Assembly: GCA_016713445.1 (NCBI GenBank)
Contig: JADJPB010000012.1
Location: 90,836-154,835 of the forward strand
Direction of reading: 5' to 3'
Source of the DNA: Bacteroidota bacterium
Lineage (GTDB): Bacteria > Bacteroidota > Bacteroidia > AKYH767-A > OLB10
DNA length: 64,000 bases
Below the pieces are notes generated by a model. The model was not told the origin of the DNA. It made no database searches and saw only the letters and a list, made by a program, of their open reading frames with translations. Shown here piece by piece: positions 31,106-43,020 of this stretch. The stretch's first letter is position 1. Every line of letters starts with the position of its first letter. Position numbers and translations under genes: made by a program.

Positions 31106-32467
31106 ATGAGATATAGTTTACCGGTTTTCTTTTCCTGCTATTGAGCTTCGGAGCTCTAGCACAATGGGACGATACAGATCCGCCTCTCCAAAGAATTCCA
31201 TCAGCAAAAAAGAGATGCCTTAAGAGCGCTGATGCCCGAAAAATCTGCTGCGGTATTTTTGCGAATCCCGTTCGCAACAGAAGCAACGATGTCGATTTTC
31301 AGTTCAGTCAAAATCCAAATTTTTATTACCTCACGGATATTTAGAGCCCAATGCTGCACTCATCATATTAAAAGATCCGCGCGTTTTTGATGGTGTTTCT
31401 ACCAATGAAATATTATTTGTGCAAGATCGAAATCCATCCAGTGAAATTTGGACAGGCAAACGATTAGGAGTAGATGGAGCCAAGCAAATGTTAGGTTTTA
31501 ATAGTGTTTACAAAGGCATCGACTTAAAAGAATTTGGATTGAATTGGAGTACACTATACGAAGTCATGGTTATCTATCCTAATCAACCGAATCATTCTCC
31601 ATTGGCGAATGCGGAGTTGGGCGATTTGGTAGATTATTTTCAAGAGGCAACCAAGAAATCGAAAGTGGTCGTAAATGAATCGGGATTAAAATCCATGATG
31701 AATACATTGCGGGAAATAAAAACCAAGGAAGAAATTGTTTTGATGCAAAAAGCGATGGACATTACTATCGATGGTTTCAAAGCGATGATCAAACAACTCG
31801 AGCCCGGCATGAGTGAGTATGAAGCTCAAGCCATCATTGAGTATTATTCCAAAAAAGGTGGTTCCGAATACATGGGTTATCCTTCCATCTGCGGCGGAGG
31901 AAGTAATGCCTGTGTTTTGCATTATACGTATAATCGAAAAAGTTTAGAAGCAAAGATATGTTTTTGGTCGACATGGGTGCCGAGTATCACGGATACACCG
32001 CAGATATTACGCGAACGATTCCTGTCGATGGAAATTTTTCAACGGAAGAAAAAGCCATTTATAATTTAGTGTTGCAAGCACAAAATGCAGGCATCGAAAA
32101 ATGCAGAAAAGGAAATGATTTTAGAGCAGGACACAATGCCGCCTATGCTGTTATTGCAAAAGGCTTAATCGACTTAGGCATCATCAAAAAAGAATCAGAA
32201 GCAAAAAATTATTTCATGCATGGCACATCTCATTATTTAGGATTAGATGTGCACGACGCAGGAACTTACCAGTCCTTACTTCCCGGAGTAGTGATGACCG
32301 TCGAGCCCGGCATCTACATCAACCAAGGCAGCAACTGCGATCCAAAATGGTGGGGAATAGGAGTGCGCATCGAAGATGATATTCTCGTTACCGATGGAGA
32401 TCCTGTGAACATGACAATTAGTCTGCCAAGAAGTATTGAAGAGTTGGAGAAGATGATGGCAGAGTGA
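31106..32467 (+). pseudogene. Xaa-Pro aminopeptidase (M24B, PepP-like) with signal peptide; at least 5 frame breaks
   Basis: The AMP_N region (SKEFHQQKRDALRALMPEKSAAVF / ANPVRNRSNDVDFQFSQNPNFYYLT) and the M24 catalytic region (VDMGAEYHGYTADITRT, HGTSHYLGLDVHD, EPGIY, IRIEDD) are spread over three frames. The breaks are near 31125-31133, 31178-31190, T5 31256-31260, GG 31335-31336 and A3 31952-31954. Confidence 0.75.
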
Positions 32468-32576
32468 TTAACCCCGCAGTGCTGCGAGGCAGGTTTGAAA
32501 ATGTGGCGATTTGATAGCGAGGCTTCGCTATGAAAATGGATAGCTTGTGAAAGAAAAACCTTATAGTGATTCGATA

Positions 32577-34002
32577 ATGCAAAAGCTAAAATACGCAGTT
32601 ACTTTAATTATTTTGTTGTTTAATTTGGCACCGAATTATAGCTACTCGCAAGGGATGAGTTCTCATTGGCTATTGGGATATGATTTTGGTTTGTTTGATA
32701 CCAATGTCGTTTCAACTAAAGCGGATCTTTATTTTACCCAAAACAGACTACACACTAACTCCAGCTAATTTTAAAATGCCCTTTCGAGCTGCACAAGGTA
32801 ATCTTTCTGATGAAAACGGCAATCTTTTAATGGTAAGCAATGGGTGTTGGATTGCTGATGCCACAGGGAGATACGATGCTTAATGGAGGAGGCTTAATTC
32901 CAAATGCATTTGCTAGTTCCAACTGGTGTAATAATTTTGTGGTCTTCCTTATACAAATTCATCCGTATTTGTTCCTGATCCTTAGATTCAAATTAGATTT
33001 ACTTATTACATCAATCTGGCACAAGTTCTTCCAATTTTAAATCAAGTGGATTGTATTCACTGATTAACAAAACACTCAACGGAGGTTTAGGTGGAGTTGT
33101 GTCAGGTCAAAAGAATCAGGTTGCATTGCAGGTTGGTTTGAACCCGGGAATTGCAGTATGTAAACATGCTAATGGAATAGATTGGTGGGTGCTGGTTTTT
33201 AAAGATAGTTCTGATATTGTTTATACTATGCAATTAAGTGCATCCGGCTTTTCATCTCCTATTCAACAAGCACTGGGAGTATCACCCCCAGTTTTTTTAC
33301 TAGGCCAGATGACTTTCTCTCCTGATGGGAATAAATTTGCTTACTCATATTACGATGGTACATTTGGAGCGGCAAATAATTACATTCGATTATTTGATTT
33401 TAACAGATGCAATGGTATGCTTTCTAATAAAACCGAAGTGGTTTATATAGAAAATTATGGAGGACTTGGTCTTTCTTTTTCAGCAGATTCAAAAAATTAT
33501 ACTAGTACCTTTTTAAAATATTTCAACTTAATTTAGACACTACTAATATCGCAGCAAGCTTAATACTGTTGCGATCAACGATGGCTATTACTTTTCCTTA
33601 CCCAGGTTTAGCAACTTCATTTTGGGTGATGACTTCTGCAGCTAATGGAAAATATATATCTCTTCTGGAAATAGTGTTATCGATTTCCACTTTATAAACT
33701 ATCCAGATAGCAGTGGTATCGCATGTGATGTACAACAGCATGCAATTCATCTTCCATGTTACTCATTTAGGAGTCATGTTTACCACCCTAACTATTACTT
33801 AGGCTGCGACACTACTTTAGGTTGCCCGTGTCTAGTTAGTACTGGAGTAAATGAATTTGGGCAACATGATTTCAGTATTAACTTATCGCCCAATCCAGGT
33901 AGCACGGGTTTTGAAATATTATATTTGCTTCCTCAAAATAAAAATGGAATCTTGAGTGTTTATGATTTGCAAGGTCGGTTAAGTTATCATAAAAAATCTT
34001 AA
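32577..34002 (+). pseudogene. Secreted beta-propeller-like protein with T9SS C-terminal sorting domain; heavily degraded
   Basis: The signal peptide is MQKLKYAVTLIILLFNLAP. FSPDGNKFAY and SAANGKIYISS repeats are present. The tail ..INLSPNPGSTGFEILYLLPQNKNGILSVYDLQGR is of Por_Secre_tail type but ends prematurely. There are at least 7 frame changes plus an in-frame TAG at 32994-32996. Confidence 0.6.
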
Positions 34003-34127
34003 TCAATCTTAATAAATCAGTGTGCCAGCTTCAAAGTTATAAGATATCAACGATGCAGCTCTTTAACCACCATAAATATTTTAAAATCAATAGTTTATAA
34101 GCCATAAACATAATTTCCTTCGAATCC

Positions 34128-34159
34128 TTTGTATTTTGCCTTTTATCGTAGTATCTTTG
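34128..34159 (+). promoter_or_regulatory. Bacteroidota sigma-A type promoter of rpmG (-33 TTTG / -7 TAtcTTTG)
   Basis: TTTG lies at 34128-34131 and TATCTTTG at 34152-34159, with a 20-nt spacer, 34 nt upstream of the rpmG ATG. Confidence 0.55.
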
Positions 34160-34193
34160 CCGACCCAAATTACGGGTAATAATACATTAAACC

Positions 34194-34377
34194 ATGGCTA
34201 AGAAAGGTAACCGCGTTCAGGTGATTATGGAGTGTACAGAGCATAAAAACTCTGGTATGCCAGGCACCAGTCGTTACATCACCACCAAGAACAAGAAGAA
34301 CACGACTGAGCGTTTAGAATTGAAAAAATTCAATCCTATCCTCAAGAAAAATGACGCTTCATAAAGAAATTAAATAA
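34194..34377 (+). CDS. rpmG: 50S ribosomal protein L33; one frame break near the 3' end
   Basis: Not in the ORF track (under 60 aa). The sequence is [52 protein letters not shown]. The expected tail MTLHKEIK* is reached only if A5 34347-34351 is A4. Confidence 0.85.
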
Positions 34378-34403
34378 TCGGCCTCCGCCCAATATAAAAT
34401 AAC

Positions 34404-34559
34404 ATGGCTAAGAAAGTAGTTGCTACACTGAAAACCGGTAAAGGCAAAGAATTCTCGAAAGTGATCAAAATGGTGAAATCACCAGTGACTGGATCTTATT
34501 CTTTTAAAGAAGAGATCGTGCACAATGACCATATTAAAGATTTCTTGAAAGAAAAGTAA
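34404..34559 (+). CDS. DUF4295-family small protein
   Basis: 51 aa, MAKKVVATLKTGKGKEFSKVIKMVKSPVTGSYSFKEEIV.. It occupies the position after rpmG that is typical for Bacteroidota. Confidence 0.7.
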   Translation: MAKKVVATLKTGKGKEFSKVIKMVKSPVTGSYSFKEEIVHNDHIKDFLKEK

Positions 34560-34584
34560 TATTCTGACAATCAACCAGATCAGA

Positions 34585-34618
34585 CAGCTTCTTTCCATCG
34601 AAAGAGGCTGTTTTTATT
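34585..34618 (+). terminator. Rho-independent terminator after the rpmG-DUF4295 unit
   Basis: CAGCTTCTTTC-CATC-GAAAGAGGCTG forms an 11-bp stem with one G-U pair and a 4-nt loop, followed by TTTTTATT. Confidence 0.8.
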
Positions 34619-34638
34619 AGTACCAAAAGCAAATTAAT

Positions 34639-35603
34639 ATGGGATTATTCGGATTCTTCAATAAAGAGAAAAAGGAGTCGCTCGATAAGGGACTCGAGAA
34701 AACCCGTGAGAGTTTTTTTTCAAAGATTACCAAGACCCTCATTGGTAAGACCCGCATCGACGATGAAGTACTCGATAATTTAGAAGAGATTTTAGTGACG
34801 AGTGATGGGGGTGTGAAACCACACTCAAAATTGTAAAGCGTATTCAAGATCGTGTGGCGCGAGATAAATATTCAGGCACCAGCGAATTGAATCGCTTTTT
34901 GAAAGAGGAGATTGTTGGACTGATGTCGGAAAATACCGCCGGCAGCAAAGTCGATTTTAATTTAGTGGATGAGCTTCCGCCTAAACCGTATGTAATTATG
35001 GTGGTGGGCGTAAATGGAGTTGGAAAAACTACAACCATAGGTAAGTTAGCCTACGCTTTTAAGAAAGCTGGTAAGTCCGTGGTGCTTGGCGCTGCCGATA
35101 CATTTCGTGCTGCAGCCGTGGATCAATTGATCATTTGGGCGAAGCGTGTGGATGTGCCTATCGTGAGTCAAGGCATGGGTGCAGATCCAGCCTCGGTGGC
35201 TTTTGATGCGGTTTCTTCCGCACATGCACAAGACGCTGATGTTTGTATCATCGATACAGCAGGACGTCTTCATAATAAAATCAATTTAATGAACGAACTT
35301 TCGAAAATTAAACGCGTGATGCAAAAGGTTGTTCCCGATGCGCCGCATGAAATTTTACTCGTTCTCGATGCGTCAACCGGACAAAATGCTTTTGAACAAG
35401 CGAAGCAATTTGTTGCTGCTACCGATGTAAATGCACTCGCATTAACAAAGTTGGATGGTACAGCAAAAGGTGGTGTGGTGATTGGCGTGTCGGATCAGTT
35501 TAGTATTCCGGTGAAGTATATTGGTGTGGGAGAGAAAATGGAAGACTTGCAATTATTCGATAAAAAGGAATTTGTAAATTCATTGTTTGAATCTCAAATC
35601 TAA
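34639..35603 (+). CDS. ftsY: Signal recognition particle receptor FtsY; one frame break
   Basis: The NG domain has GVNGVGKTTTIGKLA, DTAGRL and TKLDGTAKGG. ORFs 34639-34836 and 34854-35603 join (..LVTSDGGVETTLKIVKRIQDRVARDKY..) with one G added near 34806-34815. Confidence 0.9.
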
Positions 35604-35604
35604 T

Positions 35605-36091
35605 ATGAAAACAAATATTCTAATTGCATTCTGTTTTGTTTTGTTTGCGCAGATGGGCGTTGCGCAGACGTGGCAAATTATCATCAAGGATAATATGGCG
35701 AAGATGAATATGGAGCAAGCTTATCGAATTACGAACGATAGCTTGATCATCACAGGAAAGTCGGATTATGGTCGCTCTAATGTTGATTATTTGAAGCGTG
35801 TTTTAACTCCGAAAGAACGAAAGCTCGTCGCAGGAATTTTGAAAATCTTTTCCTGCTGATAGTTTGAAGCCAGAATATTTTGATGGGTATGCAAATTTTC
35901 AACAGATTAATGATGACAATTATCCGCGTTCGATCACTTTGCAAATTGATTACCAAGGCAAAACAATTTCATCCATTGCTACCAATGCTTGGGTGAAATT
36001 ATATATTCGATTGTTCGATTTATTAAATCCTATTTTCCCTCCTGAAGTTCAAATTACACTCGATAAATCTAAGTTTAACGTGTTCTATTAA
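35605..36091 (+). CDS. Hypothetical secreted protein; one frame break
   Basis: The signal peptide is MKTNILIAFCFVLFAQMGVAQ. ORFs 35587-35859 and 35864-36091 join (..GILKIFPADSLKPEYFDGY..) if T4 35848-35851 is T3. I recognise no family. Confidence 0.4.
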
Positions 36092-36096
36092 TAATC

Positions 36097-37413
36097 GTGA
36101 AGACCAAAACCCTCAAGCAAAATAAAGTCAATGTAGTAACATTAGGTTGCTCTAAAAACCTAGTGGACTCTGAAGTTTTGATGGGTCAGTTACGTGCCAA
36201 TGATTTTGATGTGACTCATGAAAGTTCAAAGAATGATGCTTCCATTGTGATCATCAACACCTGCGGATTTATTGATAATGCGAAACAAGAATCCATCGAA
36301 ACAATTTTGCATTATGCAAAGCAAAAGGAAAAAGGGAAGATTGATCGTTTAATAGTAACGGGATGCCTATCCGAAAGATACAAACCCGATTTAGAAAAGG
36401 AAATTACCAATGTGGATGCGTATTTCGGAACACGTGATTTACCTTTATTATTAAAAACATTAGGCGCCGACTATAAGCACGAATTGATTGGAGAGCGTTT
36501 GTTAACCACCCCGCGTCATTTTGCTTACTTGAAAATTTCAGAAGGCTGCGATCGTCCTTGTTCGTTTTGCGCGATTCCTCTGATGCGTGGTAAACATATT
36601 TCTCGTCCAATGGAAGAGTTGGTGGCCGAAGCAAAAACATTAGCTAAGAATGGCACGAAGGAATTATTATTGATTGCACAGGATTCTACCTATTACGGAT
36701 TAGATATTTATAAAGATCGAAAGTTAGCTGATTTACTCAGAGCATTGAGTGATGTAGAAGGCATTGAATGGATTCGTTTGCATTATGCTTTTCCGAGTGG
36801 ATTTCCAGAAGATGTGTTAGATGTAATGCGCGAGCGTGAAAATATTTGCAAGTACATCGATATTCCTCTGCAGCATATTTCTGATAATATGTTGAAGTCG
36901 ATGCGTCGTGGAACGACCGAAGCGAAAACGTATGAATTGATTGATATGTTCAGAACGAAAGTTCCAGGCATCGCTTTACGTACTACTTTAATCGCAGGTT
37001 ATCCCGGCGAGACCGAAGAAGATCATCAAGCCATGTTACGTTTTGTTGAGAAAGCACGTTTCGATCGTTTAGGTATTTTCACTTATTCGCATGAAGAAAA
37101 TACGCATGCTTACGATTTGGAAGATGATGTTCCAGATGAGGTGAAGCAAGAGCGAGCAGAATCAGTGATGGCCGTACAGCAAGGAATTTCTGAGGATATA
37201 AATAGTTTGAAAGTCGGACAAACATTTAAAGTGTTATTCGATCGTAAAGAAGGTGATTATTTCGTGGGACGCACAGAGTTCGATTCTCCCGAAGTGGATA
37301 ATGAAGTGTTGGTGGCTGCAAAAGATACTTATGTTCGTATTGGTGATTTTGCGCAGGTGAAAATCACTTCTACTGCGGCCTTTGATTTATACGGAGAGAT
37401 TGTCAATAAATAA
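36097..37413 (+). CDS. rimO: Ribosomal protein S12 methylthiotransferase RimO
   Basis: 438 aa with a GTG start. It has the UPF0004 N-domain (VNVVTLGCSKNLVDSE), the radical-SAM motif CDRPCSFC and a C-terminal TRAM domain. Confidence 0.9.
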   Translation: MKTKTLKQNKVNVVTLGCSKNLVDSEVLMGQLRANDFDVTHESSKNDASIVIINTCGFIDNAKQESIETILHYAKQKEKGKIDRLIVTGCLSERYKPDLEKEITNVDAYFGTRDLPLLLKTLGADYKHELIGERLLTTPRHFAYLKISEGCDRPCSFCAIPLMRGKHISRPMEELVAEAKTLAKNGTKELLLIAQDSTYYGLDIYKDRKLADLLRALSDVEGIEWIRLHYAFPSGFPEDVLDVMRERENICKYIDIPLQHISDNMLKSMRRGTTEAKTYELIDMFRTKVPGIALRTTLIAGYPGETEEDHQAMLRFVEKARFDRLGIFTYSHEENTHAYDLEDDVPDEVKQERAESVMAVQQGISEDINSLKVGQTFKVLFDRKEGDYFVGRTEFDSPEVDNEVLVAAKDTYVRIGDFAQVKITSTAAFDLYGEIVNK

Positions 37414-37419
37414 ATAGCT

Positions 37420-38998
37420 ATGAAAGTACTTCAGCTTCCATTATCCGAAATCGGTTTTTATAGCAAGCTGATGTTGGATTATACAGAGGGACATCCTGAT
37501 CTGGTTCCATTTTATAAGCATGTTCCACATCTGCATTCTTTTCCTGATGTGATTGAAAATCGAAATCAATTTCCTTTTTATCGTGATGAATTGGTTACAG
37601 TATTGAGTGCACAACACCATGCTTATTTTGAAAAGTTTCCGTTAGTAAAATCGAATGTTGTTTCGATTTTAAATGCAAATACATTTACGGTTACCACGGG
37701 TCATCAGCTTTGCATTGCGGGCGGACCTTCGTATTTTATTTATAAAATTATTTCCACCATTAAGTTATCTCAAGAATTAAAAGCAAAGTATCCGCAGTAT
37801 AATTTTGTTCCTGTATATTGGATGGCAACCGAGGATCATGATATTGAAGAAATCAATCATGTGCATTTGTATGGAAAGAAGTTGATTTGGGATACTAAAG
37901 AGCAAGGTGCAAGTGGTAGATTGAAAACAGATTCTACAACTAAATTTTTAGAAGAGTTAATTGATTTGTTCAAGAATGAAGCGTACGGAAATGAAGTGGC
38001 TATATTGTTGAACGAAGCCTATGCCAACCATTCAACTTTCGCCGAAGCAACACGATCATTTGTATTAAGTTTATTTGGAGAGCAAGGATTGGTTGTCGTC
38101 GATGCGGATTCGGCTCCATTAAAGAAATTATTTAGTTCCATCATTCGTGATGAACTTGATGAGCAAGCATCTTCTTCCATCGTTGAAAAAACAAGTGCAC
38201 GGCTAGAAAAAAACTATAAGATTCAAGTAAACCCAAGAGAGATTAATTTATTTTATTTAGATGATCAATTGAGAGAGCGAATTGTGAGTGATGAGCATCA
38301 TCAGTATAAAGTGTTGCGAACCGATTTAACTTTTAGGCGTGAGTTTATGCTTGATTTGGTCGATAAACAAGTGGAAAGATTTAGTCCAAATGTAATCTTG
38401 CGTCCTCTGTATCAAGAAAAAATTCTACCCAATTTAGCGTATATAGGTGGACCAGGAGAGTTAGCGTATTGGTTGCAGTTAAAAGATTTGTTTGAACACT
38501 ACTCGGTGAGTTATCCAGTTTTAGTGCCACGCAACAACGCAGTAATTGTTCCATCCAAAGCATTGGATAAATTTACAAAGCTTGGATTTTCCGAAAAGAT
38601 TTGTTCAGGAATTTCGATGATCTCGTTCGAGAATGGTTAGCAACGCAAGAGGAAATAGCTCCCGGAATTGAAGATGCCAAGAAAAATTGAAAAGTATCTA
38701 CACTGAACTTGAGAAATTATTTTTAGTGGCGGATCCCACTTTAGCACCCAGCGTTCAAGCAGAAATGCAAAAGGTGAGTAATGGATTGGATAATTTAGGG
38801 AAGAAGGGACAAGCAGCCTTAAAGCGAAAACATGAGGTAACTTTGAATCAGATTCAATCTGTATTGGATAAAGTAAATCCGAATCAAATGCCGCAAGAGC
38901 GATATGAGAATTTTCTACCCTATTATACAAGGAACGGAAAGGAAGTTGTTTCAGAATTAATGATGAATTTCTGGTGGGTCGTGTTGAATATAAAATGA
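37420..38998 (+). CDS. bshC: Bacillithiol biosynthesis cysteine-adding enzyme BshC; two frame breaks
   Basis: The N-terminus MKVLQLPLSEIGFYSKLMLDYTEGHPDLVPFYKH.. and the total length of about 525 aa fit BshC. The breaks are at A4 38594-38597 and A5 38682-38686 (each one A short). The 46 codons between them (DLFRNFDDLVREWLATQEE..) are in a third frame. Confidence 0.75.
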
Positions 38999-39042
38999 CA
39001 ATGATTGTTGATTAACATTTTATTATTTAAGAAATACTTAAC

Positions 39043-40600
39043 ATGGCGACAAAAGAAACCTTCATAGAAACTGTACAGAAAGGTTATACATTTAAAGGTG
39101 GAACCATTCCGTTAGGTGCGGCAGTATTTAATGGCGAAGTGTTGAAAGAAGCAGTGGTAAACATTCCTTTAGCGACCTTAAATCGTCACGGTCTCATTGC
39201 AGGAGCCACAGGGACCGGTAAAACGAAGACCTTGCAGGCCTTAGCCGAAGGGTTAGCTTCAAACGGTGTTTCTGTTATGATGATGGACATTAAAGGAGAT
39301 TTGAGTGGAATGGCAATGCCTGGAAATCCACATCCAAAAATTGCTGAACGTCAAGAGAAGTTAGGCGTTGAGTGGAAGCCACAATCTTTTCCCTGTGAAT
39401 TGATGAGTTTGTCTAATGAAAAAGGAGTTCGTCTTCGCGCAACGGTTTCTGAATTTGGTCCAGTGCTTTTTTCTAAGATTTTAGGGTTGAATGATACCCA
39501 GTCGGGAGTTGTGTCGTTAGTGTTTAAATATTCCGATGATCGATCATTGCCTTTATTGGATTTAAGGATTTTAAGAAAGTATTGCAGTATTGTACCAACG
39601 AAGGAAAAGAAGAAATTAAAAAGGAATACGGAGCCATAAGTACCGCTTCTGCATCTACCATCTTACGGAAAATTATTGAAGTAGAAGAGCAAGGAGCTGA
39701 TCTGTTTTTTGGAGAAACTTCCTTTGATGTAAATGATTTACTACGGATAGACGATAACGGTAAAGGCTATGTGCATATCGTTCGATTGGTAGATATTCAG
39801 GATAAACCTAAATTGTTTAGCACCTTCATGCTATGTTTACTTGCAGAAATTTATCAGGCATTCCCAGAGGAAGGCGATTTGGAGCAGCCTAAGTTGGTTA
39901 TCTTTATTGATGAAGCTCATCTCATTTTTAAAGAGGCAAGCAAGGCGTTGATGGATCAATTGGAAAGTATAATTAAGTTGATTCGATCGAAAGGTGTCGG
40001 TATTATCTTCTGTACACAAAGTCCGGTGGATGTACCGGCTGCAATTCTTGGTCAATTGGGATTGAAAGTGCAACATGCATTACGTGCATTTACGGCAGCA
40101 GATCGTAAAGCGATTAAACTGGTCGCCGAAAATTATCCGATCACTGAATTTTATGATGTGGATACGTTGATCACTGAATTGGGAATTGGAGAAGCCCTGA
40201 TTACATGTCTTTCAGAAAAAGGGACGCCATCGCCTTTGGTGCATACTTTCCTAGAAGCACCAAAATCGCGTATGGATGTATTAACCCCAGATGAGCAAGA
40301 TGACTTGTTAAATAAGTCTACAATGGTGAAGAAGTACAATCAAGCTATCGATCGTGAAAGTGCCTATGAGATGTTGTTAAAAAGTTAGAGTCTGTTGAGC
40401 AGAAGGATAAGGCGGAAGAAAAGGTGGTAGAAAAGAAATCTACTAAGGCTAAGAAAGAAGAAAAGTCGGTGATTGGTGAAGCTGTTGATAGCACCGTTGG
40501 GCGCCAAGTTGCGCGTACTTTGGCTCGGGAAGTGACCCGCGGTTTATTGGGGGTGCTGGGAATAGGGACTACCAAGAGCGGTAAAAAATCCTGGTTTTAA
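39043..40600 (+). CDS. HerA-like P-loop ATPase, DUF853 (YjgR) family; two frame breaks
   Basis: The Walker A is GATGTGKTKTLQ and the Walker B is LVIFIDEAHLIF. The basic tail ..VTRGLLGVLGIG.. is present. The breaks are at AA 39564-39565 and A5 40379-40383 (each one A short). The true stop is at 40598-40600. Confidence 0.75.
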
Positions 40601-40742
40601 CAAAAGAAGATGTTTTTTGAAGACGATGAAATCATTGGCGAACAGTTAATTATCATGGGTGAACATCGTTTTTTTTTAGGTTAATCCGATTCAGCGTCTG
40701 TTTATACCCGTTCAGCTATCAATTCGCTGAGGTCAAGTTTTA

Positions 40743-41165
40743 TTGATAGATTCGCATCAGTCTGCTTTTATTGAGAAGAAAGGTCTTGAAGAAAAAATAA
40801 TTTTCTTGCTTTTCGAACGCACAAAGTTTTATCAGCATATGGGTCATTTACATGATATCATTGTGGAGCAAGGGCGAAAAATTGAACCCATATTTATTTC
40901 GTTGAGAGAAAGTATCTATAAAGAAGAAAGAAATTTATTGATCAATATTTTGAAGGAAAGCATGGAGAATGGAGAGATTCGATTTTCCGATGCAAGTAGG
41001 TTAGCGGATGTTTTTTTAAAAGTGTCAGATAACAAACCCAATCAAAGTCAACACATTAGTCATACTGATACGAAGTTAATGAATGGAACACGAGAAGATT
41101 CAATTCTAGAGGACATTCGATTTACGACCCGACTTATCATTTCCGGAATAAGTGCACGAATTTAG
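40743..41165 (+). CDS. Hypothetical protein, possibly the C-terminal ligand-binding half of a TetR-family regulator
   Basis: This is an all-helical 140-aa ORF with a TTG start. No recognisable HTH can be read in any frame of 40601-40742, so it may be a remnant. Confidence 0.25.
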   Translation: MIDSHQSAFIEKKGLEEKIIFLLFERTKFYQHMGHLHDIIVEQGRKIEPIFISLRESIYKEERNLLINILKESMENGEIRFSDASRLADVFLKVSDNKPNQSQHISHTDTKLMNGTREDSILEDIRFTTRLIISGISARI

Positions 41166-41243
41166 CTTAACAATTCTTTGTTTATAAAGCATTTTAATAG
41201 CTTTAGTTGATATAAGTCCTTGTTCTATTTTCATACCATTCGT

Positions 41244-43009
41244 ATGAAGGGACATCACTTTAAATCCGGGATCAGTAAATTAGTAATTTATCAGATGTTG
41301 CTTCGTGTTTTTTCTAATGCGAATGGATTAAATAAATCTTATGGAACGATTGCTGAAAATGGTTGTGGTAAATTCAATGACATTGATTTAAAAGTTTTAA
41401 AAAGCTTACGAGAATTTGGTGTTTCTCATATTTGGTTTACTGGAATTTTAGAGCATTCTTCTCTTTCGGCTTATGATGAATTTGGTATTCATTCGGATGA
41501 TCCGCATATTGTAAAAGGAAGAGCAGGATCTCCTTATGCCATTCGTGATTATTATGATGTAGATGCGGATTTGGCGGTCAACGTAGAAAAGCGAATGAAG
41601 GAATTTGAAGAAATGATTCAACGTACGCATGAATGTAAGTTAAAAGCCATTATCGATTTTGTTCCAAATCACGTGGCACGATCTTATCATTCTGATATGA
41701 ACCCGGGGAAGAAAAAGGATTTTGGTGCCGATGACGATACCTCTCAACTTTTTAATTCGCAAAACGATTTTTTGTATTTACAACATGAAACTTTTATTTC
41801 TCCTTCCGATTATTTACCCTTGGATGGTGCGGAATTACCAAGCGTGTATACTAAATTCGAGGAGTTTCCTGCAAAGGTGACGGGTAATGATGTGTATTCG
41901 TCGCATCCAAGTTCTAACGATTGGTTCGAAACAATAAAAATAAATTTCGGCGTAGATCCCAAGCCGCCACATGATTGTTTTTTTGAACCGATTCCATCTT
42001 CTTGGATAAAGTTGCTCGATATTATTCTGTATTGGTGCGAGAAAGGCGTAGATGGATTTAGATGTGATATGGCCGAAATGGTGCCCGCCGAATTTTGGGA
42101 GTGGATTATTCCTTGCGTGAAAACAAAGTATCCTAAAGTTGTTTTTATTGCAGAGATTTATAAACCGGATTTGTACGAACATTATTTAGAAAAGGGGTAT
42201 TTTGATTTTCTCTATGATAAAGTGAACCTTTATGATACCTTAGGTGGAATCATTCGAGGATATAATTCTGCTGATGATATTTCACATTGTATTCGTAGTG
42301 TAGAAAAATTTTCTGAACGAATGCTTTCTTTTATGGAGAATCATGACGAAGAAAGATTAGCTTCTCGTTTTTTTGCTTCGAATCCGTTTGCCGGCATTCC
42401 TGCCATGGTAGTTACGGCTTGCATTTCGAAGGGGCCCGGATGATTTATTTTGGTCAGGAAGTAGGAGAGGATGCTAAAGATGTAGTGGGTTTTGCTGGCG
42501 ATCGAGGACGAACTTCGATCTTTGATTATTGTTCGGCCCCTGAGTTACAGAAATGGTTTAATAAAGGAAGGTGTGATGGTGCATTTCTTTCTGACGAGCA
42601 GAAAACATTGCGAGATACGTATTCATTGTTATTAAATTTTGTTTCGAAAAGTGATGCGATTCATCATGGTGGATTGTACGACTTGCAATTTGCGAATCGC
42701 CATCATCAAAGTGAAGGATTTGATGAAAAATTCCATTTTGCTTTTTTACGACACAGTAAGGAAGAGAAATTACTAGTGGTCGTAAATTTTAATAAAGAAA
42801 CAGAATATCAAACTTATATTCGTATCCCTAAGGATGCGCTTGCCTGTATGGGAGTAGATATGCAGAAAAAGTTTAACTTTACAAGTGTATTGGGAGGTGA
42901 AGTGTTGGCGAATCTTACCTCTGACGAACTCTACAAGGAAGGAAATCGTTTCGTGGGACTTCAATTAAAATTATTGCCGAATAGTGCCTATATTATTCGT
43001 ATCCATTAA
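41244..43009 (+). CDS. GH13 alpha-amylase-family glycoside hydrolase; one frame break
   Basis: The conserved regions are DFVPNHVA (I), GVDGFRCDMAEMVP (II), IAEIY (III) and FMENHDEERL (IV). ORFs 41220-42443 and 42419-43009 join with one base added in the G4/C3/GG stretch 42431-42439. Confidence 0.8.
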
Positions 43010-43020
43010 ATCAAAAGTAT

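Noticed and set aside
30876-31286. 136-aa - strand ORF spanning rpmB and the start of the aminopeptidase gene; likewise long antisense ORFs at 5212-5604, 8117-8434, 22773-23243, 18624-19025 and 41835-42182
   Set aside because: Each lies antisense to a gene with strong family signatures. Their composition mirrors the sense codons and no motifs are recognisable.
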